DNA of 63,306 nucleotides, filler included, from Olpidium bornovanus S191 (GCA_017911155.1; 33 parts of 33 records of this genome joined end to end with filler, not necessarily neighbours in it); one strand, 5' to 3'. Counted from the whole stretch's first letter, positions 1-12,272 are shown. Made by a program: numbers and translations. Notes: generated by a model from the sequence alone, not told the origin.

Positions 1-354
1 CGCATCTTCCACAGCTTCCACGGCTCGCTCAGATGCGCGTCGCCGGAGATCCTGCGCGGCGAGCCGTACGACGCGGACGCCGCCGAGGTTTGGTCGCTGG
101 GCGTCCTCCTCTACACCCTGCTGACAGGCGAGGTTCCGTTTGCCGATCCGGCGCAAGCCGTCCGGGACCGACACCCGGCGCCCAGGGTCCGCGTCAGCGC
201 GAGCGCCGTCGACCTCCTGGACTGGATGTTGGAAAAGGACGCGGCCAGGAGGCCGGACGTCGTCCAAGTGTGCAGGCACCCGTGGTTGGACCCCGCGGCA
301 GCACGGCCGGCGCCAGCGCGCAGGCCCCCGGCCTTCCCGGCGGCGGCCGACTGA
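1..354 (+). CDS. Ser/Thr protein kinase, C-terminal half (subdomains VIII-XI), CAMK/PASK-like; 5' partial
   Basis: Frame 1 reads FHGSLRCASPEILRGEPYDADAAEVWSLGVLLYTLLTGEVPF...LLDWMLEKDAARRPDVVQVCRHPWL, stop TGA 352-354. Not in the ORF track (no ATG). Confidence 0.9.
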   Translation, partial: RIFHSFHGSLRCASPEILRGEPYDADAAEVWSLGVLLYTLLTGEVPFADPAQAVRDRHPAPRVRVSASAVDLLDWMLEKDAARRPDVVQVCRHPWLDPAAARPAPARRPPAFPAAAD

Positions 355-1101
355 CTAACTGACTGACTGGCGGCGGCGTCTGGGCGCGCTCTGCTTGCAG
401 CCGCGCCAGGATTCCGCCAAATCCCCTCCTTCCCCCCCTTCCCCCGTCGTTGTGAAGCTATCTGCCGCGGTGGAAACGTCCTTCTTGGCGTGTTTTAAAC
501 AACCTCGCAGCTCGACATCAACGGCCCGCGGCCAGAAGTCGGCCCCGACTGTTGCGCTGCGCCGTGCCGCCGTTAAGTTTTTAAAAAGCACGCTTTTTGC
601 TGACGGAAAACATTAATATGCTGCTGATGAAGCCCCGAGCGAGAAAACGCTGTCCGGGTAAGCTGGGAATAAAGCGACGCGACGAAAGTCTACTTTTGCC
701 CAGACGTTGCCACCCGGAGATGGCGCCCCATAAGCGGGCGCGAAAAAAAAAAGTTCTACATCGCGCGTGGCGGTTAAGTCGCGGCTCCACATCCTTTTGG
801 CTACCCCCGCTCACCCTTCCCCGGCTGCAGACGATTCTTGCGCCGCGGAAAATCTGGCTCGGAAGGGAAGAGAGGGAGGGTGCGGGCGGGCCTCCCTGGT
901 CTTTTCCCTTCTCGGCGGAACATGAAAACAAGCTTGTAGAACGCGGTCGTCTATATTCCTTTCCCGCAGGGTGGTCGGGGAAGAGGGGCCGGGGTCGGGT
1001 CTCCACTCGTTCTTTGCCCCCTTTTTTGCCCCGCGGACGGAGTTTTCCCGAAGGCCCCTCAATCACCACCAGCACCCCCGCCCACCCCCCTTCCCTCACA
1101 A

Positions 1102-1201
1102 NNNNNNNNNNNNNNNNNNNNNNNNNNNNNNNNNNNNNNNNNNNNTTAATTAATTAANNNNNNNNNNNNNNNNNNNNNNNNNNNNNNNNNNNNNNNNNNN
1201 N
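1102..1201. other. Artificial contig-joining spacer (44 N + TTAATTAATTAA + 44 N), first of 32
   Basis: Identical 100-nt spacers start at 1102, 3160, 5514, 6821, 8872, 10175, 12359, 16193, 17711, 18980, 23084, 24467, 25900, 27330, 29016, 30496, 32149, 33390, 34509, 37001, 41087, 42772, 44924, 46378, 48380, 49929, 51271, 52864, 54315, 56517, 58269 and 59683. Confidence 0.99.
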
Positions 1202-1391
1202 CTGCAACACCTATTTCACACGAAACGGAATATGTGCACACAGACATACATTTGGCACTTTCATTATTCTCCCGCGATCGAGGGGATCAGCTACGAAAGC
1301 AGTGACAGATCAAACAACCATGGCACCCTAGTGGGACTGTGCAGGCAGTACCGGCTGACCTTCACGCGTTCTTCGCCGCCTTGTCCCTCAC

Positions 1392-3159
1392 CTTCTGCTG
1401 CTGATTTATCCCGCCTGCGCCGGCGGCGTACCACTGAACAGAAACGTCGGCAACGGAGTACCGGTCGTACTTTCGTTCGCTTTGCACTTCGCCTTGGACT
1501 GTTGCGCGAACGGCGTCGTACTTTGCGAGGAGGTCAGCTACTTCTTCCGGAAAATCATCGAACGTTTGTTCGCTTGACAAACTCGGTTTCGTGTCGGGAG
1601 GCACCGCGGTCTGAGGGGCAAGAGCGCGCGTCAGGGACCGCACCGCTTTTTCGAAAGTGCGCGCCGTTCAGCCTAAAAGGCAACCGCTTTGCAATTCAAA
1701 CAACCTGAGGGGATTTGCCGGCGCCGTTCGCAGAGTCGCAAGCAAAGTCAAATGCGGAAAGCATCGCGTCCAATTCGTGGCTTTGCCAGGGGTCGTCGAA
1801 AATATCATCAACCTGGGCGGCCGGAGCTGCGTTCTTCGGCTCCACGCAAGTAACGGCCGAGGTAAAGGAATTTGAAATAAAAGGCGGGTTGAGGGCTGTG
1901 CTGCTCGTTGCCGGTGTAGTGTTGGCATCGTATGTCGAGAGAAGGGCTTCGAGCTCCTCTTCCATCTCCATGCCAAAATCGTCCGATGTCGCGTGCTGAC
2001 CATGGCCCCGGAAACGCGGGGAAAGGGCAGCCGGCGCCTCCAACGTGACTGCGCCGGTTTGCAAAACTGTCGTTTGCCGCTCTAGATCAGAACAAGAACG
2101 CACCGCGCGCCCTTCCGCGCCTTGCGTGCAGGTTTAAATAGCGGGACGCGTTCGTCGTACCTGTCCGCGTTGGAACGAAAGGGTCCTCGCCGTCAAGAAC
2201 CACCTGCCCCGATTTAGAGTTCTCGTGTGCGGTTGCCGCTTGCACTTTCCTGTCAGAGGTCGCTGGTTGCGCAGAACCGGGCATACACAGTCGCAAAGCG
2301 GGAGCAGCTTCGACCGGAGTGCCGCGTGAGGTCGTGAACCCGCCAACCGAGCGGTGCCAATGATGTCGCCGGTCTGTGCTCTGTTGCGCGAGAAATCTGG
2401 GAGCCGCCTGCAGCTCCAGCTTGCTCCCTGTCGACGGAACGTTCATATCCTCTGCGGAGCAAGCCTCATTTGGCCGATCGTTGCGAAGCACCGGCGAAGA
2501 AATGGATCGCGCAAAATGCCTTTTCTTATGGGTGCCGACGCTGTCATTGGGGAACACTAGCGATTCTGACGGCAAAAAAGCGGACTGCACTTTGTTGATG
2601 AGGTCGACAAGTGCTCGGCGCGATTTCTTCTTCGAAGACGGAAGAGGCGGAGGCATCACTTCTGCGGGCAACTCCTCGACCACAGGATCACCGGTCGCGG
2701 CCGAAATTCCCACGACGGCGCCGGTATCGCTGCGCGATCGCTTGAGAGAAGGCGAAGAACGAGAAGCAAGCACCAACCGCGGACCGTTCCCACCGAGCTC
2801 ATTGCTCGCCCCGCCAACTCCCCTGTTACTTGGAGAATCTCGTGATGCCCGATCAGCCACCTGCGTAAAAACGCCACGTGAGCGATCCAAAAGAATTAAC
2901 GCCGAAAAACGCATAACTGCGACGGCGGGCCGACCTCGCCCTGTACCGCGGAATCCTGCATTTTCGGGTTTCCGTCACAGCCTAGCATCTTCACGATATC
3001 ATCGACAAGGTCGCGCCCGTCCGAGACCTTCAAACGGTCATGGCCACCTTTCTCGGCCGCCCTTTTGAGCAGCTCGGTCGGCGGTGACGGGACCCAGACA
3101 ACCCGGTCTCTGGACGCCTTCGAGCAGACCAGTGGACTGAAGCCAGGTCCAGGAGTGTC
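1392..3159 (-). CDS. Multi-exon gene fragment, probably the disordered N-terminus and start of the OB region of Dna2 nuclease/helicase
   Basis: Phase-compatible GT-AG exons give ...RVVWVPSP... (resembles fungal Dna2 IWKYSP), three acidic amphipathic motifs, then ERKYDRYSVADVSVQWY...QQK| (resembles Dna2 RYLVLAV...EK). Catalytic domains are not in the contig. Confidence 0.45.
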
Positions 3160-5002
3160 NNNNNNNNNNNNNNNNNNNNNNNNNNNNNNNNNNNNNNNNN
3201 NNNTTAATTAATTAANNNNNNNNNNNNNNNNNNNNNNNNNNNNNNNNNNNNNNNNNNNNCATGAGCGGAACCTTGCAAGCGGGCACCCAGCGTCAAATCT
3301 GGCCATCAAATCCGCACGAATCTGACGTCAAACCGGTTGTCCAAGTCCATACTTCTTCGATCGTTGGAGGTTTTGGGACGTAGATTCCCAGCCGCAAACT
3401 GGGCGCGCCGTCCAAACGAGGTGCACCTTCGGGCAACGGCAGGGTCGCGCACGCGCGCCCTCCGCGCACGGTTGCGTGATGAAATGCTCTTTCTCCCCGA
3501 CTGGGGCTGATGGCGGGGGCGTGGTGCGCGTGCGTGTATCTGTGTGTGTGACGGGGAAAGGGAATGGGGGGTTGCGATGCGCGCGCAGACCGGGGGAATC
3601 GGACGGAAAGGCTTGCGTGCCGATGATAATGAAGTAAAAGAAAAACTCGCGTGCAGAACGAGCGCGGGCTTCGCAGGCTTCGCCTTAAGCTTCGGTGCGA
3701 CGGACCGGTCGGCCAGTTTCACGATCGCGTTTCACGTTTTATTCGCATTCTAGGCCCCTGCGCCGGCCTCGGCTTGGGCGAGAATGCACACACCCTTCCC
3801 CTCTTCGTCCAATTTTTTTTTTTTTTTTTTTTTTTTTTCCCCTTTCCCCCTTTTCCTTTCCCCCCCCCCCCCCCCGTCTCCGGGGTGCCGGGGGCCGGAG
3901 ATAGATGATGACGATGACGCGTGGATCAGCCACGTGACGGCACGTGGATGCCGCCGCCAATGCTCCCCCGCGAGAACGCCCGGAACAACGACGTGCGAGA
4001 AAGGATTCTCCGCACTCACACACACCCTCCCGCCCCCCTCCCGCCCTCCGCGTTTCCCTCTTCCCCCCGCTCCCCCTCCTCCCCCTCCTCCCCCTCCTCC
4101 CCCTCCTCTCTCTTCCCGTCCCTGCGACTCTTTTGCCGTCCTCCCGTTTCGACAACACCCCCCAGCTGTGCCAGAAAGAGAGAGTGCGTCTGTCGCCGCC
4201 GGTGTTGGGATCCCCGGTCCGGATCTTGCCAAGCGTGTGTGTCCGCGGCGTTCCTTCCTGGAGACGGGTGGGTGCTTGCTGGTCCTGACCCCATCGGAAA
4301 AAACGAAAAAAAAAAAAAAAAAGTGCCGGTTGACGGCCTGTGCGAAGTGCCCACAGATATATTCGCGATGCCGCGGGAACGAAAAAGAGGAAACCCCCCT
4401 TTCTCCCCCACCCTCCCCTGCTCTTCTTCTCCGGAGGACTTGCCGGCGGGGAAACGTTGGTGCGACAAGGCTTTCCCCCCCTTCCCCCTCATCCTGGGTT
4501 TCTCGCTTACTTCGTAACGCCTTTCCTTCTCGACTTGTTGCAGACTGCATATAATCTTCGCTCTTCTGGGCGGTTGTGGCTGCGACGGGAAGGAGGCCAC
4601 GAATTCGAAAACTCTGACCGTTTTCCCGCACGAAGTAAACTTCACCTGGGGATCTGGAACTTCGGCGAAACGGCTGGGGGACGAGGACGCTGCGTGGATC
4701 GCGGCTATACCGTGCCTTCCTTAACTGGGAACACCTGCAGATCGGAAGCCCTGGTTGGAACCGGTTGTGGAAGAAGTGGGTTTTCTGTCGGTAATCGATT
4801 AGTGCGCATTGGTGCCCCGGAATCGTCGAGATCCTAGGCAGGCCTTCAGTGGGCCGTCTTCTAGCATATCAATAATGCCAAAGGTAATCGTTTGGCTCAC
4901 CTAGCTCTTGTACCTCAATCTCGCAGTTGTCGGGGCGGGGGGGGGTTTTTTCGGCTGATTTCCGTTACCGGTTGATACGTTCCTGCCGTGAAAGCCGCCA
5001 CA

Positions 5003-5513
5003 ATGAGTGAAATCACGGAAAGGATAGCGGCTGCCCGTAAAGAGGCTGACGCACTTAAGGAGAAGATAAAAGTCAAGAAGGACTCTCTGGCTGACACAAC
5101 GCGTAGGTGTCGGAATTCTGCAGTCCTGCGTTTCGCGGTCGTAATTCTGGAAGATGGACAGAGCACTACGTGGCACTACCGGCCCCTGAATACGGCGTTC
5201 TTGCCGGTTCGGGCGATGTTTGTTTGCATTACAAAATCTCGAGCGTTGCGCGCGGCTCACGGGTGACGATTTGAAAAATATATGAATACTCGAACAGTCA
5301 AATCGGTCGCCGCGGAGCTAGAGGCCTTGCCGCGCATCGTGATGAAGGTTCGCCGGACGCTGAAGGGCCACCTCGCCAAGATATACGCGATGCACTGGGC
5401 ATCGGACAAACGCCACCTGGTGTCCGCGTCACAGGACGGCAAACTCATCGTGTGGGACGCGTACACGATGAACAAGGTGCACGCCATCCCGCTGCGGTCT
5501 TCCTGGGTCATGA
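5003..5513 (+). CDS. GPB1: Heterotrimeric G-protein beta subunit; exons 5003-5102 and 5298-5513; 3' partial
   Basis: Spliced product [67 protein letters not shown]...[14 protein letters not shown]...[13 protein letters not shown]; intron GTAGGT..CAG 5103-5297. Confidence 0.98.
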
Positions 5514-5802
5514 NNNNNNNNNNNNNNNNNNNNNNNNNNNNNNNNNNNNNNNNNNNNTTAATTAATTAANNNNNNNNNNNNNNNNNNNNNNNNNNNNNNN
5601 NNNNNNNNNNNNNCTGAAGAACGTAGACGGTTTTCGGGGGCACGGAGGAGCTCTGCTCTGCCGGGGCTGTATTTTTCCGCCGCCCTTTTGTTTACTCTAT
5701 ACGTGTACGGGAAAAAGGGGAAACTTACGGTCCAGGGGGCGGAGAGTGCGCAGTGGCCCCCCTTTACTTTTGCCCTCCCCCTTTCCAACACTTTCCGCTG
5801 TG

Positions 5803-5833
<31 letters not shown>

Positions 5834-6143
5834 GGTTTTTTCTTTGTCGAATCTGGCGCAGAAAGGGAAAAAAAAAAAATTCCCGCCTGGCCTGCCGTCA
5901 AAATTGGGAGCAGATTTTTGCCTGAAACAACCTCACGCCCCTCCCCGGGGTGCCGCGTTCGCATCTTGGGCGGGCCGCTGACCCGTCGGCCGGCGTTGAA
6001 ACTGTGCCCCCCGCCGGCCGAGCGCGCGTTTCGGTCGAAGCCGACGTGCGCGCGCTCTGGCGAAGGCAGCCAGCCGCTCGCCCACACCCCCTGCCCCAAC
6101 CTCTCGTTTTTTGCCAGCGGTCGGAAAACGGTCGCCCGAAATC

Positions 6144-6747
6144 ATGCCGCGTCCCACGCTGCCGGCCGGCCTGCCCGTCCTGGACTCCCTCCTCTCCGCC
6201 GCCGTTTGCTTCGGGAGCGCCTTGCTTTTTGTCGGCCTGCTCTACCTCGTCGACGCGCGCCGCGTCTGGCAGGCCGCCGCCGCCGCCTCGTCCGCGCCAC
6301 CGTACGGAGCGGCCCCTGACCTCGAGGAGCCTACCGCCAAGTACTGCAAGGACGACCCCAGAGTCATCAAAAGGCGCTTCGTTGCCGTGGGGCTGTCCTC
6401 TGTGATCGTACCGACCGTGTGCCGGGCTGTGATGGGAGTCGACGTCGGGACGGTAGGTTGGGGGCGTCTGTGAGTTGCCCGCCAGTGGAGGACGCGAAAA
6501 TGTTTCTTAAGTCCGACTGATATTTGCGGAAACCTGAAAGTTCCTGAAATTTGCCGGTTTGAGATTCGATGGCCTCCTGTTCGCCGCGGTCCTCCCGCTG
6601 CTGCTCACCGCTACGATCTTCGCCGGATCGCTCGCGTTGATGGTGGCGGACGACGCCCTGTTTCGACGCTGTGGGCGACAACACACGGCCAGGTTTGATC
6701 TCGCCTACGTTTTTACTGACCCGCAGTGCCTGCGGAACTACATCGTG
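6144..6747 (+). CDS. RCE1: CAAX prenyl protease 2 (Rce1), N-terminal part; exons 6144-6452 and 6541-6747
   Basis: N-terminal TM segment, KDDPRVIKRRF motif, second TM (AAVLPLLLTATIFAGSL) and LRNYIV| just before the expected APxxEE motif; phase-0 GT-AG intron 6453-6540. Confidence 0.88.
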
Positions 6748-6788
6748 GTGAGGCCGGGCTTTGTCTGTTGTTGCACCGTAAACGAAAA

Positions 6789-6820
<32 letters not shown>

Positions 6821-6921
6821 NNNNNNNNNNNNNNNNNNNNNNNNNNNNNNNNNNNNNNNNNNNNTTAATTAATTAANNNNNNNNNNNNNNNNNNNNNNNN
6901 NNNNNNNNNNNNNNNNNNNNC

Positions 6922-7040
6922 ATGAAGATAACCGCCGACCTCATACAGAACTCGCCGTCGTTCATCAACGCGGTAAAGACAGGGAGCTGGACCTGCGCGG
7001 GAACAAGAAAAACCAAATCGAGAATCTCGGCGCGACAAAG
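6922..7040 (+). CDS. SNRPA1: U2 snRNP A' (Lea1/SNRPA1) first exon, with an apparent 1-nt frameshift
   Basis: MKITADLIQNSPSFINAVK / DRELDLRGNKKNQIENLGATK|gtgact matches the U2A' N-terminus. One A is missing in GTAAAGAC. No second exon is recognisable downstream. Confidence 0.8.
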
Positions 7041-7915
7041 GTGACTGAGTTCAGCTCGCTGCGCTGGCTCCTGCGCCTTTGTTCTTCGTTCGCTCGCTCG
7101 TAGGTTTCGGGGAGGCCGCGCGCCTTTTCATCGTGACGCCGGCGTCCCGTCGGCCCGTCCTGTGCCACCCTGGCCGCCCCGGGCAAACCGCACGAGTGCC
7201 GTCCCGCTACTTCGGCTTCCCTCCCGGCGACTGCACGTGGTCGGCAACGCCACGTAATGCTTTGCTGCAAAGAAGAGACGCGGTGGGAATTAATAGTTAG
7301 CAAATATAACTCAGGTTTGGTTTAAAATGTGCCCAAAATTAACCATACACCAATATTAGCAATATTGGATGTGCAGCGGCTGACCGACTCCTGCCGCCCT
7401 TACCTCCTTCCATCCTTTCTTGCCGGTATCGAGCGGGGCCAACATTTTTTTTTTGTTTTCCCGGTAGCCGGAAGGAAGGAAGGGGTGGCGGCAGAAGGTG
7501 GCGTTGTGCCGAGTCTGCCCAGTCCCACCCTATGAATTAGTAAAGGGGACAGCGAGGGTGTGCGGCGGCTGACCGGCTCCGGCCGCGTTCTGTCGAGAAC
7601 GCGGGTTTTCTCCGCGGAACATTAAGGAAGGAAGGAAGGCATGGCGATCGGCAGGAAGGAAGTCAAAAAGGAAAACCTTTCTTCTGGTTTTTTTCTTTTT
7701 TTGACGTCTGCTGGCGTACCTTTTCTGTTCTTATTTTTTGACGTCTGCCGGCGTTCCGTTTTTTTGGTGCTGCAGAATTGGGAGGTATACGCGATCATAA
7801 AACGGGCGGTAATTCACCTTGTTTGCTCACTATATTTTCTGTTTGCGAACTTGTAGGATCTCAGTCATGGTTGTATGGGAATTTCACGGGATTCCAAAAC
7901 CATGGCATATCCGGC

Positions 7916-8352
7916 TGCAACTGCATCGGATTGTGCGTCTGAACCTGCTTCAGACTCTGCATATAAATCTGCGTGTTTTGCGTCTGAATCTCCGTTTTAA
8001 TCTACATCAGATTCTGCGTCAGAGTCTGCGTCATATTCTGCGTCTTATTTGCGTCTAGACCGGCGTTGACTGCGTCTGAATCTGCGTCGGGTTTTGCTTG
8101 TGAATTTGCGTCAAATTCTGCGTCTGAATCTGCGTCGGATTTTGCGTCTGAATCTGCATCGGATTTTGCGTTATGAGTTTACATCAGATTCTGCGTCTGA
8201 GTCTGTTTCATACTCTGCGACTGAATCTGCGTCTAAATCTGCATCGGACTCTACACCTGAATCTGCGCCGGACTGTGCGTAGGATTCTGCGTCTGAATCT
8301 GCATCGGATTTTGCATCTGAATCCGCGTCGGACTCTGTGTAGGATTCTGTAT
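7916..8352. repeat. Degenerate 12/24-bp minisatellite (TCTGCGTCTGAA / TCTGCATCGGAT)
   Basis: Over 30 imperfect 12-bp units. Translates to SASESASD-type repeats on + and DADSDAES-type repeats on -, both broken by stops or frameshifts. Confidence 0.9.
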
Positions 8353-10274
8353 CTTCGCCACGGGAGGGCCGCAAAGAGGTTTTGAGATGACGGGTCTGCG
8401 TACGTCGGTCGTTTCTCGTAGCCGTCGCTCATTCTCGTCTCCGCTCGTCACCGCTCGTGCTCGCTCTCGTTCCCACTTCCACTTGCCGCTCGATCTCGCT
8501 GACTCTCGCTTTCGCTGCCGACCCACGCAGAAGGGTATCGTCGCTCGTCCTCTTCACCTCTCGCCGCCTTGCACTCTTTCGTTTGGTGTTCAACCTCGCC
8601 GCCGCTGGAAGTTTGCCAGTCTTCTGTTACTGTTGCATCCCCTCTAACCGCCTTGTCCCTGCGCCCTGAGCCGCAAGTGCCCTCCTGCCCGGGAGTGCCA
8701 ACTGTTGGGAAGGCAAGGCAGCTTTGCAGGCGGCACAGGGCCTTTTTACTTGCAGGTCTCGACCTCTCTCTTAACGCCTGCTTCCTTCTTACGCGTTCGG
8801 AAGGGGCTCTTTCGCTCGGGCGGAGTTCGTATGAGAGCTCGGGAAAGAGCAGGGGGGGGGGGGGCTAAGACNNNNNNNNNNNNNNNNNNNNNNNNNNNNN
8901 NNNNNNNNNNNNNNNTTAATTAATTAANNNNNNNNNNNNNNNNNNNNNNNNNNNNNNNNNNNNNNNNNNNNTGCCCAATTCGGGAAATTTGGAAGGCGAA
9001 CGGGCCACAACTACTCTGCCGACTTCAAGTTTTCCAATTATCGATTCTCGGTTGTTTTTTTTTTTCTGGGCACGCTCAGCTTCTGTAGTTAACCCTGGTA
9101 TTTTCCGTGGTTTCTGTCCTGTAAGGGAACCTTCCGCGAACAATACTGTACAACAATTTGGTTCCTCGGTGGACAATACGTTTTGGCGGCCAGTACCCGG
9201 AGTTTGACGGCTACTGCCGAAGTGAAGATTAACGATGCCTGGTCATGGACCTTATCGGCGCCGGTAACACTGGCAACGTCAGTGGCGTCGCCGGGATAAT
9301 CGGTAACTTCGACATTTTCGTCAGGAATAACGGTAAACTCGTCATTGTTGACGGAAAAACTGGTTAGCTTCGGCGTCTTTGCCGGGAATATCGGGTATTT
9401 CCGTAATGTGCCACTGGTCGCGCCCCCCTCTTGGTAATTGACAGGCACGCGGTGGCCTCCACTCCCACAACTCTCCACTTATCGCGCACCAGAGGTTGCT
9501 CCATCCCCCGGAAGGTTGGTCTGAGCTTCCTTTTATTGGTGAAGCCCCGAAAGGCATCAACGGGGATGGTGGCGGGAGCAGCCGGAGCTTGGGCCCACCC
9601 CCTACGCTTTACGCACATAGGCGTGGCAGGGGTGGCCGGGGGGGAACGGCAGTCCTTGTTTCACGTGCGCGGGCGGGGCAAGGTGCAAAATTCACCGGGA
9701 TTCTGGGGCCGTGACGTCTGCTACAACGAGCGGGGAACCGGCGACGGGCGACCGGTGTACGGAGGGGGGGGGGGGGGGGGGGGGGCGGGGGGGGGGCAGG
9801 GCGGGCGGGGGGGCGCCCGCCCGGGCGCGGAATGCTGCGAGGACCGCTTTTGGGGGTCCCACCGCCGGAGAACGGATTGTCGTGCACCGGTGCTGCTGGC
9901 AATCGGGCCCCCAACGGCAGGGCTCAGCGGCGCGGTGCGCCGCTTTTTTTGCCGGGTGGGGGCGGTGGTGGCGGCGGGGGTTTCCTCTCCTCTGTGATAG
10001 GTACAGAAAGGGGAATGGCAGGCGTTGTTGACACCTGCGATACTAGCACCCCGCATGTACGGGGCACCGTTGGCAACAAGGCATTTAACGCAACGTAGAC
10101 GGTGGAGGCGCGCTTCAGCGAATGTGCACGCTTTCAATTCTAGTAATATATATTTAATAATAGATTATATTACANNNNNNNNNNNNNNNNNNNNNNNNNN
10201 NNNNNNNNNNNNNNNNNNTTAATTAATTAANNNNNNNNNNNNNNNNNNNNNNNNNNNNNNNNNNNNNNNNNNNN

Positions 10275-11069
10275 CATGTACCTGAAAGCCGTCCCGCAGA
10301 CTTCGCATAAGAAGGGCCGCTCGTTGCTATGAATGAGCGAATGCGACTTGAGATTATACGACCTTGCAAAAGACTGCATGCATTGTTCACAGCGGTAAAT
10401 TTTCGCCCGCGAAGTAGCTCCGCCAGACAGTCGTCTTTTGCGAACAAGTGGACAACGCGGCTGCTCGGCCACCGCGTCCAATTTCGCCTGCTCGACTTCC
10501 TGGATCTTATTTTCGTCGTCGTCATAGTTATCCCCGCCGGCTCGGACACCGCAGGCCCGTCGGTCAACGACATCGTAAAGACCTGGAAGCGAGTGCGGCC
10601 TGGGCCGGGAAATTAGCGCCGCCTGAGTCGATGTCGATAAGAATCCGGACAATCTGTTCGTTGCAGCGAACGACGACCGCCGACCGAACGACGGCGACTC
10701 CGGCGCCGCTACGGGCGGAAGACCCCGCTTTATGTCACGCATCTGACTAGAGTCACGCCCAGCTACTGGCCGCTCGCGGTTTTCTAGAGCAAAACCCTGA
10801 TGCTCGGCAGGAGGGCTGGACGGCGTGACGATTGTGACAGGAAGCGCGTCGTACGCGGCAGGAAACGGACCGTCTGCGACGTTTACTTCCCCCTCCGACA
10901 CAACTTCCGAGCCGCTTCCGCCGAATTTCTGCTCCACAAGTGCAACATTTTTCTGTGTCATACCGTCGACTGTCGGCAGATTTCCCTGCTCGCGTCCACT
11001 TCCGGGACCGACGCCGTCGCCGGGGTCTTCGACAAGAGAGTTGATCGAGCAAAAGGTAGCGGTTCGCAT
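10275..11069 (-). CDS. C2H2 zinc-finger transcription factor (Crz1-like finger spacing); 3' partial
   Basis: YRCEQCMQSFARSYNLKSHSLIHSNERPFLCEVCGTAFR, then a probable GTACAT donor at the contig edge; long Ser/Pro-rich N-terminus. Confidence 0.9.
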
Positions 11070-11784
11070 TACTGGGAAGACGCGCCGCAGGCGCGGCTTG
11101 CGCCTCCGGATTTTCCAGTACCCCGCTCCACGCGGCGAAGTACGGTCGCAAGGTGCGATTAAGAACGGTCGGCGGAAACGTCAGCGCGACAGAAGCGGCA
11201 GGCTAAGCACGCCGCTGGGGAAGATAGCAGGCAGTGATCAACCATTTACCTTTTTTTTTTTTTTCCTTCCGTGATGTGACACACCGGCCAGGAATAACCA
11301 CTCAAGCGGCAAAACGGCAGCAGCCGGAGAAACGGCGCGAGGCAGTCCGCGAGGGAGAGACAGGGACGAGTTTGCTCGCTCGTTCGTTAGAAGCCGCCGG
11401 CACGCCGAACTTGGTCGAGACAGATTTTTTTCCTCAGGCCGAAATTTGCGACCGCGAAAGAGGCCGACGGGGATCGCCAGATCAGTCGAGAGAGCGAGGG
11501 TGTGACACACGTCCGGCTTTTTTTTTCTCTTAAGCGGAACGGGACCAAAAAGGAACGGAAACCGGCAAAGATCTGGGAGGGAGGGGAGGCTGGGCGGGGG
11601 GAATAAGGGCGACGGGGCGCGGTCACAGCTCTCTCGCGTGGCGGCGTGGAATGCGCGGTTCGGTTGGCCCTTGACGCATCCCCCGCCGCCCTTACACGCA
11701 GCCATCTTCGACATGGCGTCCCTGTTTTTGTCGCGAAACCGCCCCCTTCTCCCCCTCCTTCCCCCACACCACCCCGCGCCCTTC

Positions 11785-11826
<42 letters not shown>

Positions 11827-12214
11827 CCCCGCGCGCGCTCCCCTTCCCCGGCGGTTCGGCGTCCGCCGCCGTGCGCTCGTCTCCCGCCTGGGGGCTGGAG
11901 GGGCGCGCGTGGGGGGGTTCGTTCGCCGCCTGACGCGAACGGCCCGCCCGACTCCTCGGCGGTCAGCCACAGCGCCGGGGCCCCTTCCCCCAACCCCCCC
12001 GCTGCCCCGCCTCCTTCCTTTGCCCCCCTTCTTTTCGTGGCGAAGTGCGCATGAAGCCGCGGACGTGTGTCAATTTCCCCAAACTTAGCACAGGGATAAG
12101 GCGGCGGGGGGGAAGAACAAGGGGGGAAGGGAAGCAGGACTCCTCCCCATGTGGCCCATATTCTTGGCAGACCAAAACGAACCTTGCCCAGGGGGACGGG
12201 GCCGAGCGGGAGAA

Positions 12215-12272
<58 letters not shown>

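Noticed and set aside
1146-1157. TTAATTAATTAA palindrome repeated 32 times at regular N-flanked sites (CRISPR-like or regulatory?)
   Set aside because: Artificial six-frame-stop linker inside fixed 100-nt spacers.
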